From assembly GCA_035544015.1 (NCBI GenBank), contig DATKIP010000012.1:182393-246392 (forward strand): a stretch of 64,000 bases of DNA. Direction: 5' to 3'. The first letter of the stretch is position 1. Each line of letters begins with the position of its first letter. A program made the translations under genes and the position numbers. The stretch is from Candidatus Saccharimonadia bacterium. GTDB lineage: Bacteria; Patescibacteriota; Saccharimonadia; UBA4664. The notes beneath the pieces were generated by a model that saw only the letters and a program-made list of their open reading frames with translations, searched no databases and was not told the origin of the DNA. Shown piece after piece: positions 8,235-17,501 of this stretch.

Positions 8235-10571
8235 GTGTCGCAACGACCGGTACCACCCGCACGAAGGTTGCTGGCCGCCATGGCCACCTTCCTGGCCAGT
8301 CTCGGCATCGTCGCCGGAGTGTCCACCGCCACCATCGCCCTCACCGCCCCTGCGGCCAACGCGGCCGTCGCGGCAGGCGATGTGGTATATCTGAAGGCCA
8401 ACAACAATCCCGGCATCTACCTGAGGCACGCCTCAGACGGAAGCAGCTCTCAGATCCCGGGCGATCCGTCAGCGCAGTACCCAGACATCTCGCCCGACGG
8501 AAGCCGCATCGCCTACTACGGCTCCGTAGTCCCCGGCACCGCCGCCGGTATAGCCATCATGAACTCGAATGGCTCCGGCGTACGAGAAGCCGCCGGCGGC
8601 GTAAACTGCGAAGACAATCTCCCCTGGGAAGACTGCACGAGCACACCACCGCATGGTTACACCATGTACGGCCTTCAGTGGTCGCCGAACGGCCAGAGCA
8701 TCGCATTCACCAAGTATTCCGGAGCCACAGGAATCTGGCGAGTGAAGGTAGTAAACATCACCACCGGAGTCCAAACAACTGCCTACAGCGGAAGCTCCCA
8801 AGTCTACGACGTCACGTGGTCGCCTGATGGCACCAGGCTCGCCTACGACGCCTACGGACCAACCGGCTTCAAAATCCACGTCGTCGACGTTAACGGCGCC
8901 AACGACCACGAGCTGCCATCTGGCTTCAACGACTACTCACCGGCCTGGTCGCACGACGGTAGCCGCATCTACGTTGCCAGCAGCCAGAGCGGCGGATGCG
9001 CGGACTGCACCGGAATCGTCTACTTCACGTATACGGGATCAGGCGCCCCGTTCAGCGGCACGAGCGTAGCTCGGCAAGTGCTGACCACGGAGAGCAACTA
9101 CAAGAACGACAGATCTCCGCGAGTCAGCGCCAACAACGCCACGATCTACTTCATGAGTAACGGATACACCAGCACAACGGACGCTACCGACCTATACATG
9201 ATCAGCGCCAGCGGCGGCACCCCCACTCAACTCACCGTCACTACCTGGGATGCTCAGCTCAGTTCCCCCTCGCCGGTACTCGCCGCCTACCCCGCCACCC
9301 AACCCGCCAACTCCACGGTAGCCATCGCCGCCCCCACGTCGCACGACGCGTACGGCGTGCGGCAGGTCACCGTGGGCCTCTCGGCCACGGGCAACATGCG
9401 CTACGACCTCGGCTGGAGCACATCCGCCACCACGGCGCCGACGGGCAACTTCCAGACCATCACCAACATGACCACCCGCACCGGCCCGCTCAACTTCATG
9501 GGCGTCTACAGCGGCTCCGGAACAGTCTGGAACGGCGGCACGCAACCAGATCAAATCTGGTACCTGTGGGTACGCTCCGTCAAGACCAACGGCACCGCCA
9601 ACGCCTGGGGCACCCCGCTCCCGGTACGCACACCGAAGGCAGGCCTCCTGGTCGGCGTCGGCGATTCGTTCCTGAGCGGGCATCACCACGACAGCGACGA
9701 GCGCTACTGCCCCAACGCCGCCGACGCACCGCTCTACCCCGGCAACATTCCCTGCAGCATCGCCGGCGCGCCCTTGGTGCAGCCCAACGATTACGCGTTC
9801 TCGTGGCTGCCGAAAACCGCCCTCACCATGAGCAGCACACTCCATCTGTCGGCGAACTGGCAGATCATCAGCAAGAACGCCGCCCTCAGCGGAGCCAGCG
9901 CGCAGAGTTTCGGCGACGCGACCTTCGCTCCCGGCAGCAGCTCGTGGGCCGCACCAGGCACCCAAGCCGACGCCATCCGCGCCGAGCTCTACCCGCGCTA
10001 CAATTCGTGGAGTTACCTCGCCTTCACCGGCGGGTCCGACGACACGAACTGGATCTCGGTGATGACCTCGTGGTACATCAACCACTTCGCCTCCGCCTAC
10101 GGCCCCTGGGCAGTTCCCACGGCCAACGGCGTCACGGACTGCCCCGACACCCAGTCGGTCTACACCACGCTGGGCGCCGGCAGCCCGACGCTCAACGCAA
10201 CCATCACGAGCAACCTCCAGGGGCTCATGACCATCGCGAGCTCGGTGTCGCCGGGCGTACGAGGGCTCAACGTCGACTACCCGTACGTCGAGGACAACAC
10301 CAGCATCTGCTACAACGACTCCGGCGCCTGGCATGGCGTCAAGTCGGTGGTTGACCTGCTCCATGCCGATCATGCCGCCGTCACCGGCAGCAACGTCAAG
10401 CTGATCGACCTCCGGGCCAACTTCGGAGCCACACCCGTTGCCAGCGGGTACCTCCAGCTCACCCGGCTCTACGGCTACCCGCACCCCAGCGGCTCGGTCA
10501 CGAGCAGCACGCCGGGCCAAACCCGCATCGCCAATGCGGTAGCCGCCGTAGCCACCGGCACCAGCTGGTAA
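8235..10571 (+). CDS. Secreted fusion protein: N-terminal TolB-like beta-propeller (PD40 repeats) plus C-terminal SGNH/GDSL hydrolase domain
   Basis: Signal peptide (…ALTAPAANAAVAAG). Repeated SPDGSRIAY / WSPNGQSIAF / WSPDGTRLAY / PAWSHDGSRIY motifs. GDSFLSG (block I), GGSDD and DLLH (block V) of SGNH hydrolases. GTG start with GGAGA SD. G+C and GC3 visibly higher than neighbours. Only plus-strand gene in the pilus cluster. Confidence 0.7.
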   Translation: MSQRPVPPARRLLAAMATFLASLGIVAGVSTATIALTAPAANAAVAAGDVVYLKANNNPGIYLRHASDGSSSQIPGDPSAQYPDISPDGSRIAYYGSVVPGTAAGIAIMNSNGSGVREAAGGVNCEDNLPWEDCTSTPPHGYTMYGLQWSPNGQSIAFTKYSGATGIWRVKVVNITTGVQTTAYSGSSQVYDVTWSPDGTRLAYDAYGPTGFKIHVVDVNGANDHELPSGFNDYSPAWSHDGSRIYVASSQSGGCADCTGIVYFTYTGSGAPFSGTSVARQVLTTESNYKNDRSPRVSANNATIYFMSNGYTSTTDATDLYMISASGGTPTQLTVTTWDAQLSSPSPVLAAYPATQPANSTVAIAAPTSHDAYGVRQVTVGLSATGNMRYDLGWSTSATTAPTGNFQTITNMTTRTGPLNFMGVYSGSGTVWNGGTQPDQIWYLWVRSVKTNGTANAWGTPLPVRTPKAGLLVGVGDSFLSGHHHDSDERYCPNAADAPLYPGNIPCSIAGAPLVQPNDYAFSWLPKTALTMSSTLHLSANWQIISKNAALSGASAQSFGDATFAPGSSSWAAPGTQADAIRAELYPRYNSWSYLAFTGGSDDTNWISVMTSWYINHFASAYGPWAVPTANGVTDCPDTQSVYTTLGAGSPTLNATITSNLQGLMTIASSVSPGVRGLNVDYPYVEDNTSICYNDSGAWHGVKSVVDLLHADHAAVTGSNVKLIDLRANFGATPVASGYLQLTRLYGYPHPSGSVTSSTPGQTRIANAVAAVATGTSW

Positions 10572-10607
10572 CCAACCCCGGCCCAGCACAACCTGAGCCA
10601 CCCCCAA

Positions 10608-10625
10608 GCCCGGGATAACCCGGGC
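10608..10625 (+). terminator. GC hairpin gcccggg-ataa-cccgggc downstream of the 8235..10571 gene
   Basis: Perfect 7-bp stem, 4-nt loop, 37 nt after the stop. No U-tract. Confidence 0.35.
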
Positions 10626-10637
10626 CCACACCCCAAC

Positions 10638-10673
10638 CCGGACGATCCCGGGAGCAGTCCCCGGATCGTCCGG
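10638..10673 (+). terminator. Second hairpin ccggacgatcc…ggatcgtccgg (11-bp stem) downstream of the 8235..10571 gene
   Basis: Read directly. 11-bp perfect stem, ~14-nt loop, no U-tract. Confidence 0.35.
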
Positions 10674-10711
10674 AAAGGAGCACTCATCCTCGATCACTCA
10701 AAATTAAGCAA

Positions 10712-11134
10712 CTAACGTCGCTTTTTTGGTACCGGTTTACTTCTGATTTTTATAACATCAAAAGCAGCGACAAGACCTAAAATCACAAACAAAGCTATGA
10801 CAAAGCTACCCAAATGAATCAAAGGCAAGTTCAGGCTCACGCACGACACCCTATTATAGTATCCGTCGCAAGGAGGAGTTCTAAACATCGCCGACAGGAC
10901 TGAAAGAGTTATAAAAAGACCCAAGACAGCCAATAAAATCTTTGCCACAAAGTTACTGCTGAATAGAGTGCACACGCAATACGCAACAAAGACCGCCGCC
11001 ATAAAAAGCGTAGAGACAATTGGACCGGGTATTGTGTCTGGAGTCACTGAACCAACAACAAAGATGAAAATAGCTGCTACCGTAAAGCACCCGACCTGAA
11101 ACTTTAGCAGCGATGGGACATCCCGCGGGATCAT
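10712..11134 (-). CDS. Small polytopic membrane protein (140 aa), translationally coupled to pilC
   Basis: Four predicted TM helices and a C-terminal basic tail (KPVPKKRR). The start ATG overlaps the pilC stop (ATGA). Markedly AT-rich (roughly 40-45% G+C by eye) in a ~60% G+C context. Confidence 0.45.
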   Translation of the reverse strand: MIPRDVPSLLKFQVGCFTVAAIFIFVVGSVTPDTIPGPIVSTLFMAAVFVAYCVCTLFSSNFVAKILLAVLGLFITLSVLSAMFRTPPCDGYYNRVSCVSLNLPLIHLGSFVIALFVILGLVAAFDVIKIRSKPVPKKRR

Positions 11135-12357
11135 TTCAAATTATCCACGCCCCCGCTACCCACCAGCGAGTACACCGGCAGCAAAATCGCCGCGATCACG
11201 CCGCCCACCGTCACGCCCAAAATCACCATCATCAGCGGCTCGATCGTGGTCGAGATGTTCTTCACCTCTTCGTCCACCTCGTTCTCGTAATACGTCGCCA
11301 CCCGGTCGAGCATGCTGTCGATCGCGCCCGACTGCTCACCAATCTTGATCATCTGCGGCACGAGCTTAATGAACGCCTCTTCATTCTCAAGCGTCGACGA
11401 CAACGCCTTGCCGCCCTTCACGCCCTGCATACTCTTCTCGAGCACCGCCTCCACGTGCACGTTGTTGATCGCGTTCTTCACGATCCGCAGCGCCTCCAGC
11501 ATCGGAATACCGCTCTGCAGCATCGTCCCCAGCGTCCGCGCAAACCGCGCCATGTACACCTTGCGGAAAATTTTCCCAAATATCGGCATGCTAATCTTAA
11601 ACCGGTCCGCCATCGAGCGCCCTCGCTCGGTTTGAATAAAGCTCCGAATCGCAAATCCCGCCGCCCCCAGCGCAATCAGCACCAAAAACCAAAAGTGCAC
11701 AATAAAATTCGAAATCGCGAGCAAAATTTGCGTCAGCGCCGGCAAGTCTTTGTGCAAATCCTTGTACAAACTCCCCACCTGCGGCAGCACCGTGGTGAGC
11801 ATAAACACCAGCACAAGCACAATCACCCCCAGCACAATCACCGGGTAGATCAACGCGCTGCGAATTTTGCCCACGATCGCCGCATCTTTTTCTTGCTGGT
11901 TGGCAATGCGCTCCAGCGATTTATCGAGCGTACCCGTAGCCTCGCCCGCCGCCACCAAGCTCACATAAATATCGCTAAAAATCTTCGGATGCTTAGCAAA
12001 CGACTGGCTCAAGCTCGTCCCCGATTCCACGCTCGACACCACCTCCGCCACCACCTGGTGCAGCGCCTTGTTGGTTATCTGATCCGCTACCGTGCGCAGC
12101 GACTGCGTCAGCGGCAGACCGGCATTAATGAGCGTACTGAGCTGCCGCGTGAAGATCACCCGGTCCTTCGCGCTCACCCGCTTGCCCACACCACTCTTAG
12201 CCAGCAGCCCGCCGCCATCCTTGGGCTGAATCGAAATCGGGAACAGCCCCTGGCTGATCAACAATTTGGCCGCCGAATTCTCGTTTTCGGCCTGCACATC
12301 AGCTTTGACCATCTCGCCGGTGGCCGTTTTGTGAGCAGTATAAACGAACGTCAACAT
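11131..12357 (-). CDS. pilC: Type IV pilus inner-membrane platform protein PilC (GspF family)
   Basis: 408 aa. Two GspF-type repeats, 3 TM segments. Typical PilC organisation. Confidence 0.9.
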   Translation of the reverse strand: MLTFVYTAHKTATGEMVKADVQAENENSAAKLLISQGLFPISIQPKDGGGLLAKSGVGKRVSAKDRVIFTRQLSTLINAGLPLTQSLRTVADQITNKALHQVVAEVVSSVESGTSLSQSFAKHPKIFSDIYVSLVAAGEATGTLDKSLERIANQQEKDAAIVGKIRSALIYPVIVLGVIVLVLVFMLTTVLPQVGSLYKDLHKDLPALTQILLAISNFIVHFWFLVLIALGAAGFAIRSFIQTERGRSMADRFKISMPIFGKIFRKVYMARFARTLGTMLQSGIPMLEALRIVKNAINNVHVEAVLEKSMQGVKGGKALSSTLENEEAFIKLVPQMIKIGEQSGAIDSMLDRVATYYENEVDEEVKNISTTIEPLMMVILGVTVGGVIAAILLPVYSLVGSGGVDNLK

Positions 12358-12363
12358 AAGCGG

Positions 12364-13437
12364 TTAGCCTCGCATTAGGCGGTCAAGTTCTTGCAAATCA
12401 ATCGCAAAGTTCTTGGCTTCATCGTAGCTAATTTTGCCTTCCTGCACCAGCTGCACCAGCTGCCGGTCCATGCTCTGCATGCCGTATTCCGCACCGGTCT
12501 GAATCACCGCGTCGAGCTGGTGCGTCTTGCCCTCGCGAATGATATTGCGCACCGCCCCGGTGGCCACCAGAATCTCCGCCGCCACCACGCGCCCGCCGCC
12601 GATCCCCGGCACCAGACGCTGCGAGCAAATGCCCTGCAGCATGCCCGCCAGCTGCACTCGAATCTGCTGCTGCTGGTGCGGCGGAAACACGTCGATCATG
12701 CGGTCGATGCTCTGGGCCGCCGAGTTCGTATGCAGGGTCGCCAGCACCAAGTGCCCCGTCTCAGCAATCGTCACCGCCGCCGCGATCGTCTCCAGGTCGC
12801 GCATCTCACCGATGAGCACCACGTCCGGGTCTTGGCGCAACGAGCTCCGCAGCGCCGCCGCAAACGAGTACGTGTCGTAGTGAATTTCGCGCTGCACCAC
12901 GATCGATTTCTTCGAGCTGTGGGCGTATTCAATCGGGTCCTCAATCGTCAAAATATGGCACGACCGCTCGGTGTTAATCTTGTCCACCATGGCCGCCAGC
13001 GTGGTCGACTTACCCGAACCCGTCGGCCCCGTCACGAGCACCAAGCCTCGCGGAAACTTCGTAAACTCCTGCAGCGTCTTGGGCATCTGCAGCTCCTCGA
13101 GCGTTCGCACCTTCGACGGAATCAGCCGCAACGCCGCCGCGATGTTGCCCCGCTCGTGAAACGCGTTTACCCGAAACCGACCATAATTTCCGAAAGCAAA
13201 GGAAAAATCCACTTCCTTGTCTTTGAGCAAAATCTCTTTTTGGTCATCGTCGAGAATCGAAAACACCAGCTTCTCCACGTCGGCCGCTTCGAGCACCGGC
13301 GTCTCATCGATCGGCTTGAGCGCACCATCCACGCGCAACATCGGCGGCAAACCCACCTGCAAGTGCAAGTCTGAGGCATCAAACTTGATGACCTGTTCGA
13401 GCATTGTTTCGATTTTGAGGGCGCTTCTCTCCACCAT
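12364..13437 (-). CDS. pilT: Twitching-motility retraction ATPase PilT
   Basis: 357 aa. Walker A GPTGSGKSTT, Asp box, His box, AIRNIIREGK. PilT-type lacks the N-terminal GspE N-domain. Confidence 0.9.
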   Translation of the reverse strand: MVERSALKIETMLEQVIKFDASDLHLQVGLPPMLRVDGALKPIDETPVLEAADVEKLVFSILDDDQKEILLKDKEVDFSFAFGNYGRFRVNAFHERGNIAAALRLIPSKVRTLEELQMPKTLQEFTKFPRGLVLVTGPTGSGKSTTLAAMVDKINTERSCHILTIEDPIEYAHSSKKSIVVQREIHYDTYSFAAALRSSLRQDPDVVLIGEMRDLETIAAAVTIAETGHLVLATLHTNSAAQSIDRMIDVFPPHQQQQIRVQLAGMLQGICSQRLVPGIGGGRVVAAEILVATGAVRNIIREGKTHQLDAVIQTGAEYGMQSMDRQLVQLVQEGKISYDEAKNFAIDLQELDRLMRG

Positions 13438-13591
13438 TCACCTCTAATTATCCCTATTAAAGCACAAGGGGTATCACGTTGTACACTAGCAGCCTCTTCG
13501 GCAACCAATTATTGACAAAACTGGTCATATATTGTTAACATCTATAAACGAGCGCGGTCCCGCGTTCACGCCCCACGCAAGGGAGCACCCC

Positions 13592-13978
13592 ATGGCAAGT
13601 CTGGGTACCGAAACGGACATCCACCGCTGGCACGACGACGGCGGCCCCGACCACAAACCCGGCACCCCCGACGAGACCATCGAGGTCACGGAGGCGAATC
13701 TCCCCACACTCATCGAGCGTCTCGGGTCACTCCTCACCGGCCACTCGGTGAAGATCACGGTCAGCTTCTGGCGCAACAACGCGTTCAGCCCCGACGAACC
13801 GCAGAGCGACACGATCGAAGCTGTGGTCCCATCCGAAACTCGCATCAGCGGACAGATCATCACGAAGGGCTTCAACCACGTCGCGATCTTCGTCGGCGAC
13901 CGAGTCACGACCTTCGTCGGCGGCGTCACGATCAAGCGACCCGGCGATTTCCGCATCACCATCCAGCTCGTCCCCTGA
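13592..13978 (+). CDS. Hypothetical protein (128 aa), high-GC orphan on opposite strand inside the pilus operon
   Basis: ATG at 13592 with SD AAGGGAG. Very GC3-rich codons. No recognisable motif. A GC hairpin follows. Confidence 0.45.
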   Translation: MASLGTETDIHRWHDDGGPDHKPGTPDETIEVTEANLPTLIERLGSLLTGHSVKITVSFWRNNAFSPDEPQSDTIEAVVPSETRISGQIITKGFNHVAIFVGDRVTTFVGGVTIKRPGDFRITIQLVP

Positions 13979-14019
13979 CGTCCCGCAACCCCCGGGGCGA
14001 CCCCCCTTGCACGGGCACA

Positions 14020-14057
14020 CGCCCCGGCCTCCCGCGAAATCCGCGGAGGCCGGGGCG
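14020..14057. terminator. Bidirectional GC-rich hairpin (13-bp perfect stem cgccccggcctcc / ggaggccggggcg) between convergent genes
   Basis: Read directly. Lies between the stop of 13592..13978 (+) and the stop of vapC (-). Confidence 0.55.
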
Positions 14058-14078
14058 TCCTGCTGCCCAGTCCCAAAA

Positions 14079-14507
14079 TTACCGCGCCATCAGCCGTCCC
14101 ACCGTTTCCAAGTCCAAAAATTCGAGGCCCGCCACCGTACACCGCCGCAAATCCCGATCGTTCGTCACAAAATGCGTCGCCTTGCCCACCACCGCTGCCG
14201 CCACATGAATCGCGTCGGCCAACGTCAGCCGATGCTCTCGCCGCAAACCAGCCGCCAGGTACAACACCTCTGCCGACACCGGCACCACTTCAAACACCTG
14301 CGACCGAATCAAGCCATCCACCTTCTCATATTCAGCCTTTGACCCCACGCTGTCATGGCTCAACAATTCGGCCACCACCAGCTCCGAAGCCATAAGATCG
14401 CAATCCGTCTGCCCCCGCAAAATCGCCGCCGCCGGCTCATAAAACGCCGATCCCCGCGTCAGCGCATACAGCAACACATTAGTATCGAGCGCCAAACGAC
14501 CCGTCAT
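14079..14507 (-). CDS. vapC: PIN-domain ribonuclease toxin VapC
   Basis: 142 aa. LDTNVLLY at the N-terminus, conserved acidic residues (D8, E…, D…, TND). 4-bp overlap with the upstream antitoxin gene. Confidence 0.8.
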   Translation of the reverse strand: MTGRLALDTNVLLYALTRGSAFYEPAAAILRGQTDCDLMASELVVAELLSHDSVGSKAEYEKVDGLIRSQVFEVVPVSAEVLYLAAGLRREHRLTLADAIHVAAAVVGKATHFVTNDRDLRRCTVAGLEFLDLETVGRLMAR

Positions 14508-14734
14508 AGGGAGGATTTATCCACCCGCACCCGCTTTTGATACGCCACCGGGTCTTCAACCGCCGGCTGCAAAACCCCCAAAAACTGGTCCACATCGGGC
14601 CTAGCCGTCAAGATCAGCTCATCATTCTCCCCCGCCGACAAATACACTCGCTGGCCCGGCCGCATATTCAAACCCTGCCGCAACTCCTTCGGAATCACCA
14701 CCTGATATTTAGCCGACAGCTTGCTCGAAATCAT
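14504..14734 (-). CDS. vapB: AbrB/SpoVT-MazE-type antitoxin VapB
   Basis: 76 aa. MISSKLSAKYQVVIPKELRQGL is a swapped-hairpin AbrB-like N-terminus. ATGA overlap with vapC. Confidence 0.75.
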   Translation of the reverse strand: MISSKLSAKYQVVIPKELRQGLNMRPGQRVYLSAGENDELILTARPDVDQFLGVLQPAVEDPVAYQKRVRVDKSSL

Positions 14735-14798
14735 ACGTAGAACATAGCAAAACGTTCAACGTTAGTCAAGGTTGAACACCGAATCCCTACCGCCACTC

Positions 14799-16571
14799 CT
14801 AAAAGTCCGCCGCCACCCGCGCCACTTCCTCAAGCGTCGTCAGTGCATTGAGTACCTTGAAGTAGCCGTCTTGCTTCATCGTCAGCATCCCGTCGCTCGA
14901 CGCCTGGTTTTGCACCTCGCTCGTCGTCGCGTGCCCCAGCAGCAGCTTCTCCATCGCCGGCGTCATCGCAAACACCTCGTAGATCCCAATGCGCCCCTTG
15001 TAGCCCTTCACGCACTCCCGGCACCCCACCGGCTTGTAGATCGTGAAACTCTTTTGATCGGCGATCGGCACCACATCGTAGCCCACATCCTTTTTCACCT
15101 TATCGAGGTCGGCCTTCGTCTTGGGCAAAACATTCCCAATGGTCGTCATCACCGACTTCGTCTGCGCCTCATTCGTCTCCACCTTTTCCTTGCAAATCTC
15201 ACACAATTTGCGCACCAGCCGCTGCCCAATCACCGTGTTGATCGTACTCGCGATCAAAAACGGCTCAATGCCCATATCGAGCATGCGGGGCAACACCCCC
15301 GCCGCCGAGTTGGTGTGAATCGTCGAGAGCACCACGTGCCCCGTGAGCGCCGCCTGCACCGCCAGATCCGCCGTTTCTTTATCCCGAATCTCCCCCACCA
15401 GCACCACGTTCGGGTCCTGGCGCAAAATACTGCGCAAACCGCTTGCAAACGTCAGCCCCACGTCCGCGTTCACCTGAATCTGATTAATTCCGTCCATCTT
15501 GTACTCCACCGGGTCTTCCAGTGTCACAATGTTGATCGACACATCCTTAAGCTCCTGCACAATGGCGTACAGTGTGGTCGACTTACCCGAACCCGTCGGC
15601 CCCGTGCTGAGCGTCATACCGTGCGGCTTATGGATACCCTCATCAATCAGCCGCGCCGCCCGCCCGCGAAAGCCCAGCGACTCCAGCGTCAGCACTGTCC
15701 CGCTCTTGTCGAGCAACCGGATCACCACCTGCTCACCCCACACCACCGGACTAATAGCGATACGCAGGTCAATCTCGTGCCCGGCCGAGCTTATCTGGAA
15801 CTGCCCATCCTGCGGGATCCGGTGTTCGTCGATGCGCAGGTTGCTCAAAATCTTAATGCGCGAAATCAGCGCCGGTTCAATATTTTTCGGCAGCGTCATC
15901 GTTTCCTGCAAGATGCCGTCGATGCGGTACCGAATCTTCAGCTCGTGCTCCCTCGGCTCAATGTGAATGTCCGACGCCCTACTCTGCGCCGCATAGTCCA
16001 AAATCGCATTCAGTGCCCGGGTGATCGGCGCGTCCTGCACCAGGTTGGCCATGGCCTTGGCGCTCTTGGCCTCCACCTTGGGGTGGTCGTCCACCCTGGC
16101 CACATCCATGGCCGACGCCACGTCCGCCGCCACGTCGCTATGGAACTGCGCCAACACGTGGTCGATCGAGCCCCGCGACGCCAAATACACCGTCACCGTA
16201 TGCCCTACCTTGCGGCTCAGGAAGTCCACCGCCTGGATGTTGGTGGGATCAAGCATCCCCACCGCCAGCCGCCCTTGCTGCATCCCAAACGGTACCGCCA
16301 AATAATTCTCAGCCGTATCACGAGCCAGCAATTTCGTGATGTCTTCCGGCACCGTAATGTTGTTGAGGTTGGCATACGGCACACCCATAGCCGAGGCCGA
16401 AATCCGGGTCAAATCCTCTTCGCCCACCAAGTTTTTCTCGGCAATATAGGCAATCAGCGGCTTCGATTCTTTGAGCGCATCGACCTTAGCCGCCTCCAGA
16501 TCAGCGGGCGCCATGAGCTTGCCCTCAAGCAGGAGCTCCTCGATTCGATGCTGGCTCTCAACTGATAGCAT
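14799..16571 (-). CDS. pilB: Type IV pilus assembly ATPase PilB (GspE family)
   Basis: 590 aa. N-terminal GspE_N domain, Walker A GPTGSGKSTTL, tetracysteine motif CxxC…CxxC (CEICKEK…CRECVKGYKGR). Confidence 0.9.
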   Translation of the reverse strand: MLSVESQHRIEELLLEGKLMAPADLEAAKVDALKESKPLIAYIAEKNLVGEEDLTRISASAMGVPYANLNNITVPEDITKLLARDTAENYLAVPFGMQQGRLAVGMLDPTNIQAVDFLSRKVGHTVTVYLASRGSIDHVLAQFHSDVAADVASAMDVARVDDHPKVEAKSAKAMANLVQDAPITRALNAILDYAAQSRASDIHIEPREHELKIRYRIDGILQETMTLPKNIEPALISRIKILSNLRIDEHRIPQDGQFQISSAGHEIDLRIAISPVVWGEQVVIRLLDKSGTVLTLESLGFRGRAARLIDEGIHKPHGMTLSTGPTGSGKSTTLYAIVQELKDVSINIVTLEDPVEYKMDGINQIQVNADVGLTFASGLRSILRQDPNVVLVGEIRDKETADLAVQAALTGHVVLSTIHTNSAAGVLPRMLDMGIEPFLIASTINTVIGQRLVRKLCEICKEKVETNEAQTKSVMTTIGNVLPKTKADLDKVKKDVGYDVVPIADQKSFTIYKPVGCRECVKGYKGRIGIYEVFAMTPAMEKLLLGHATTSEVQNQASSDGMLTMKQDGYFKVLNALTTLEEVARVAADF

Positions 16572-16620
16572 TAATCCTCACCTCTCTTGCGCCAAAACGC
16601 CCCCTGCCTCAAACCACCCG

Positions 16621-16878
16621 TCACGGACCAAACGGTGCGCTGTTACCCAAACCGCTCAGATCCGGCGTCGAATTGTAGTCAATCACCTTCCCGCCATCGC
16701 CAATCCGGTCGAGACCCGCCGAATCCAGATCGCCCGGGATCACCCCAATCTTCTCCACTTCCACCGTCGTACTCTTGCCGTTAGCATTTTTGGGCACCAG
16801 CTGCGTATAGCCAATGTAACCAGCCACCATCAAAATCACCACCGCCAAAACCGCGTAAATCACGTCCTTTTGTTTCAT
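16621..16878 (-). CDS. Small membrane-anchored protein (85 aa) coupled to pilO, unassigned pilus-operon component
   Basis: Single N-terminal TM (VIYAVLAVVILMVAGYIGY) plus a soluble tail. The start overlaps the pilO stop by 4 bp. Confidence 0.5.
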   Translation of the reverse strand: MKQKDVIYAVLAVVILMVAGYIGYTQLVPKNANGKSTTVEVEKIGVIPGDLDSAGLDRIGDGGKVIDYNSTPDLSGLGNSAPFGP

Positions 16879-17501
16879 TTCACCGTCTCCGTGCTAAAGG
16901 GTAGCTTGGCTTTGTCCTGGTAGTACGTCTGCGCATCAATCTGCGCGCTCATGCTGCTACCGCCGCCGGTCAGCTGCAGGCCGGTCACGCGCATCGGCCG
17001 CGCCGAGGTCTCGAATTCACCCAGGAGCTTAAGTAAGCTATCATAATTGCTCGTGGTATTGATCGAGAAAGCAAACGTCTGCGGCGTCGGACCCGCCGTC
17101 GATGCCGCCGCCGGCGCTGTGCCAGTAGCCGGCACCGCACTCACTCCCGCATCCGGCGCCGCGGTAATATTCTTGAGCTTTGTGCTGGCCGCATTTGTCA
17201 TATTCTCGAGCGTCACGATCAAGCTAGGGTAGTCCACGGCGTTGGGCAACGCGTCGGCCACCAGCGCCGCTTTCGAACCCAGGTTATTGAACGCGTCCAC
17301 CAAATTTGGCGCCGCTGCCAGATCTTCCTTCACCTGCTTCTCCGCTACCCCTTTTTTCTCATTTACCACCCGGTCGCGCGCAATCGTCCCAAACAGCGAC
17401 TTCGCCACCAACCCCGACGCCCCCAACACCAGCAGGTTGATCAAGAGCAAAACAATCATCAGATTATTGCTCGATAGTTTTTCCGTATTAATTGCTGCCA
17501 C
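16875..17501 (-). CDS. pilO: Pilus assembly protein PilO-like
   Basis: 208 aa. N-terminal TM, coiled-coil, C-terminal PilO-like domain. Position after pilN. Confidence 0.65.
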   Translation of the reverse strand: MAAINTEKLSSNNLMIVLLLINLLVLGASGLVAKSLFGTIARDRVVNEKKGVAEKQVKEDLAAAPNLVDAFNNLGSKAALVADALPNAVDYPSLIVTLENMTNAASTKLKNITAAPDAGVSAVPATGTAPAAASTAGPTPQTFAFSINTTSNYDSLLKLLGEFETSARPMRVTGLQLTGGGSSMSAQIDAQTYYQDKAKLPFSTETVK

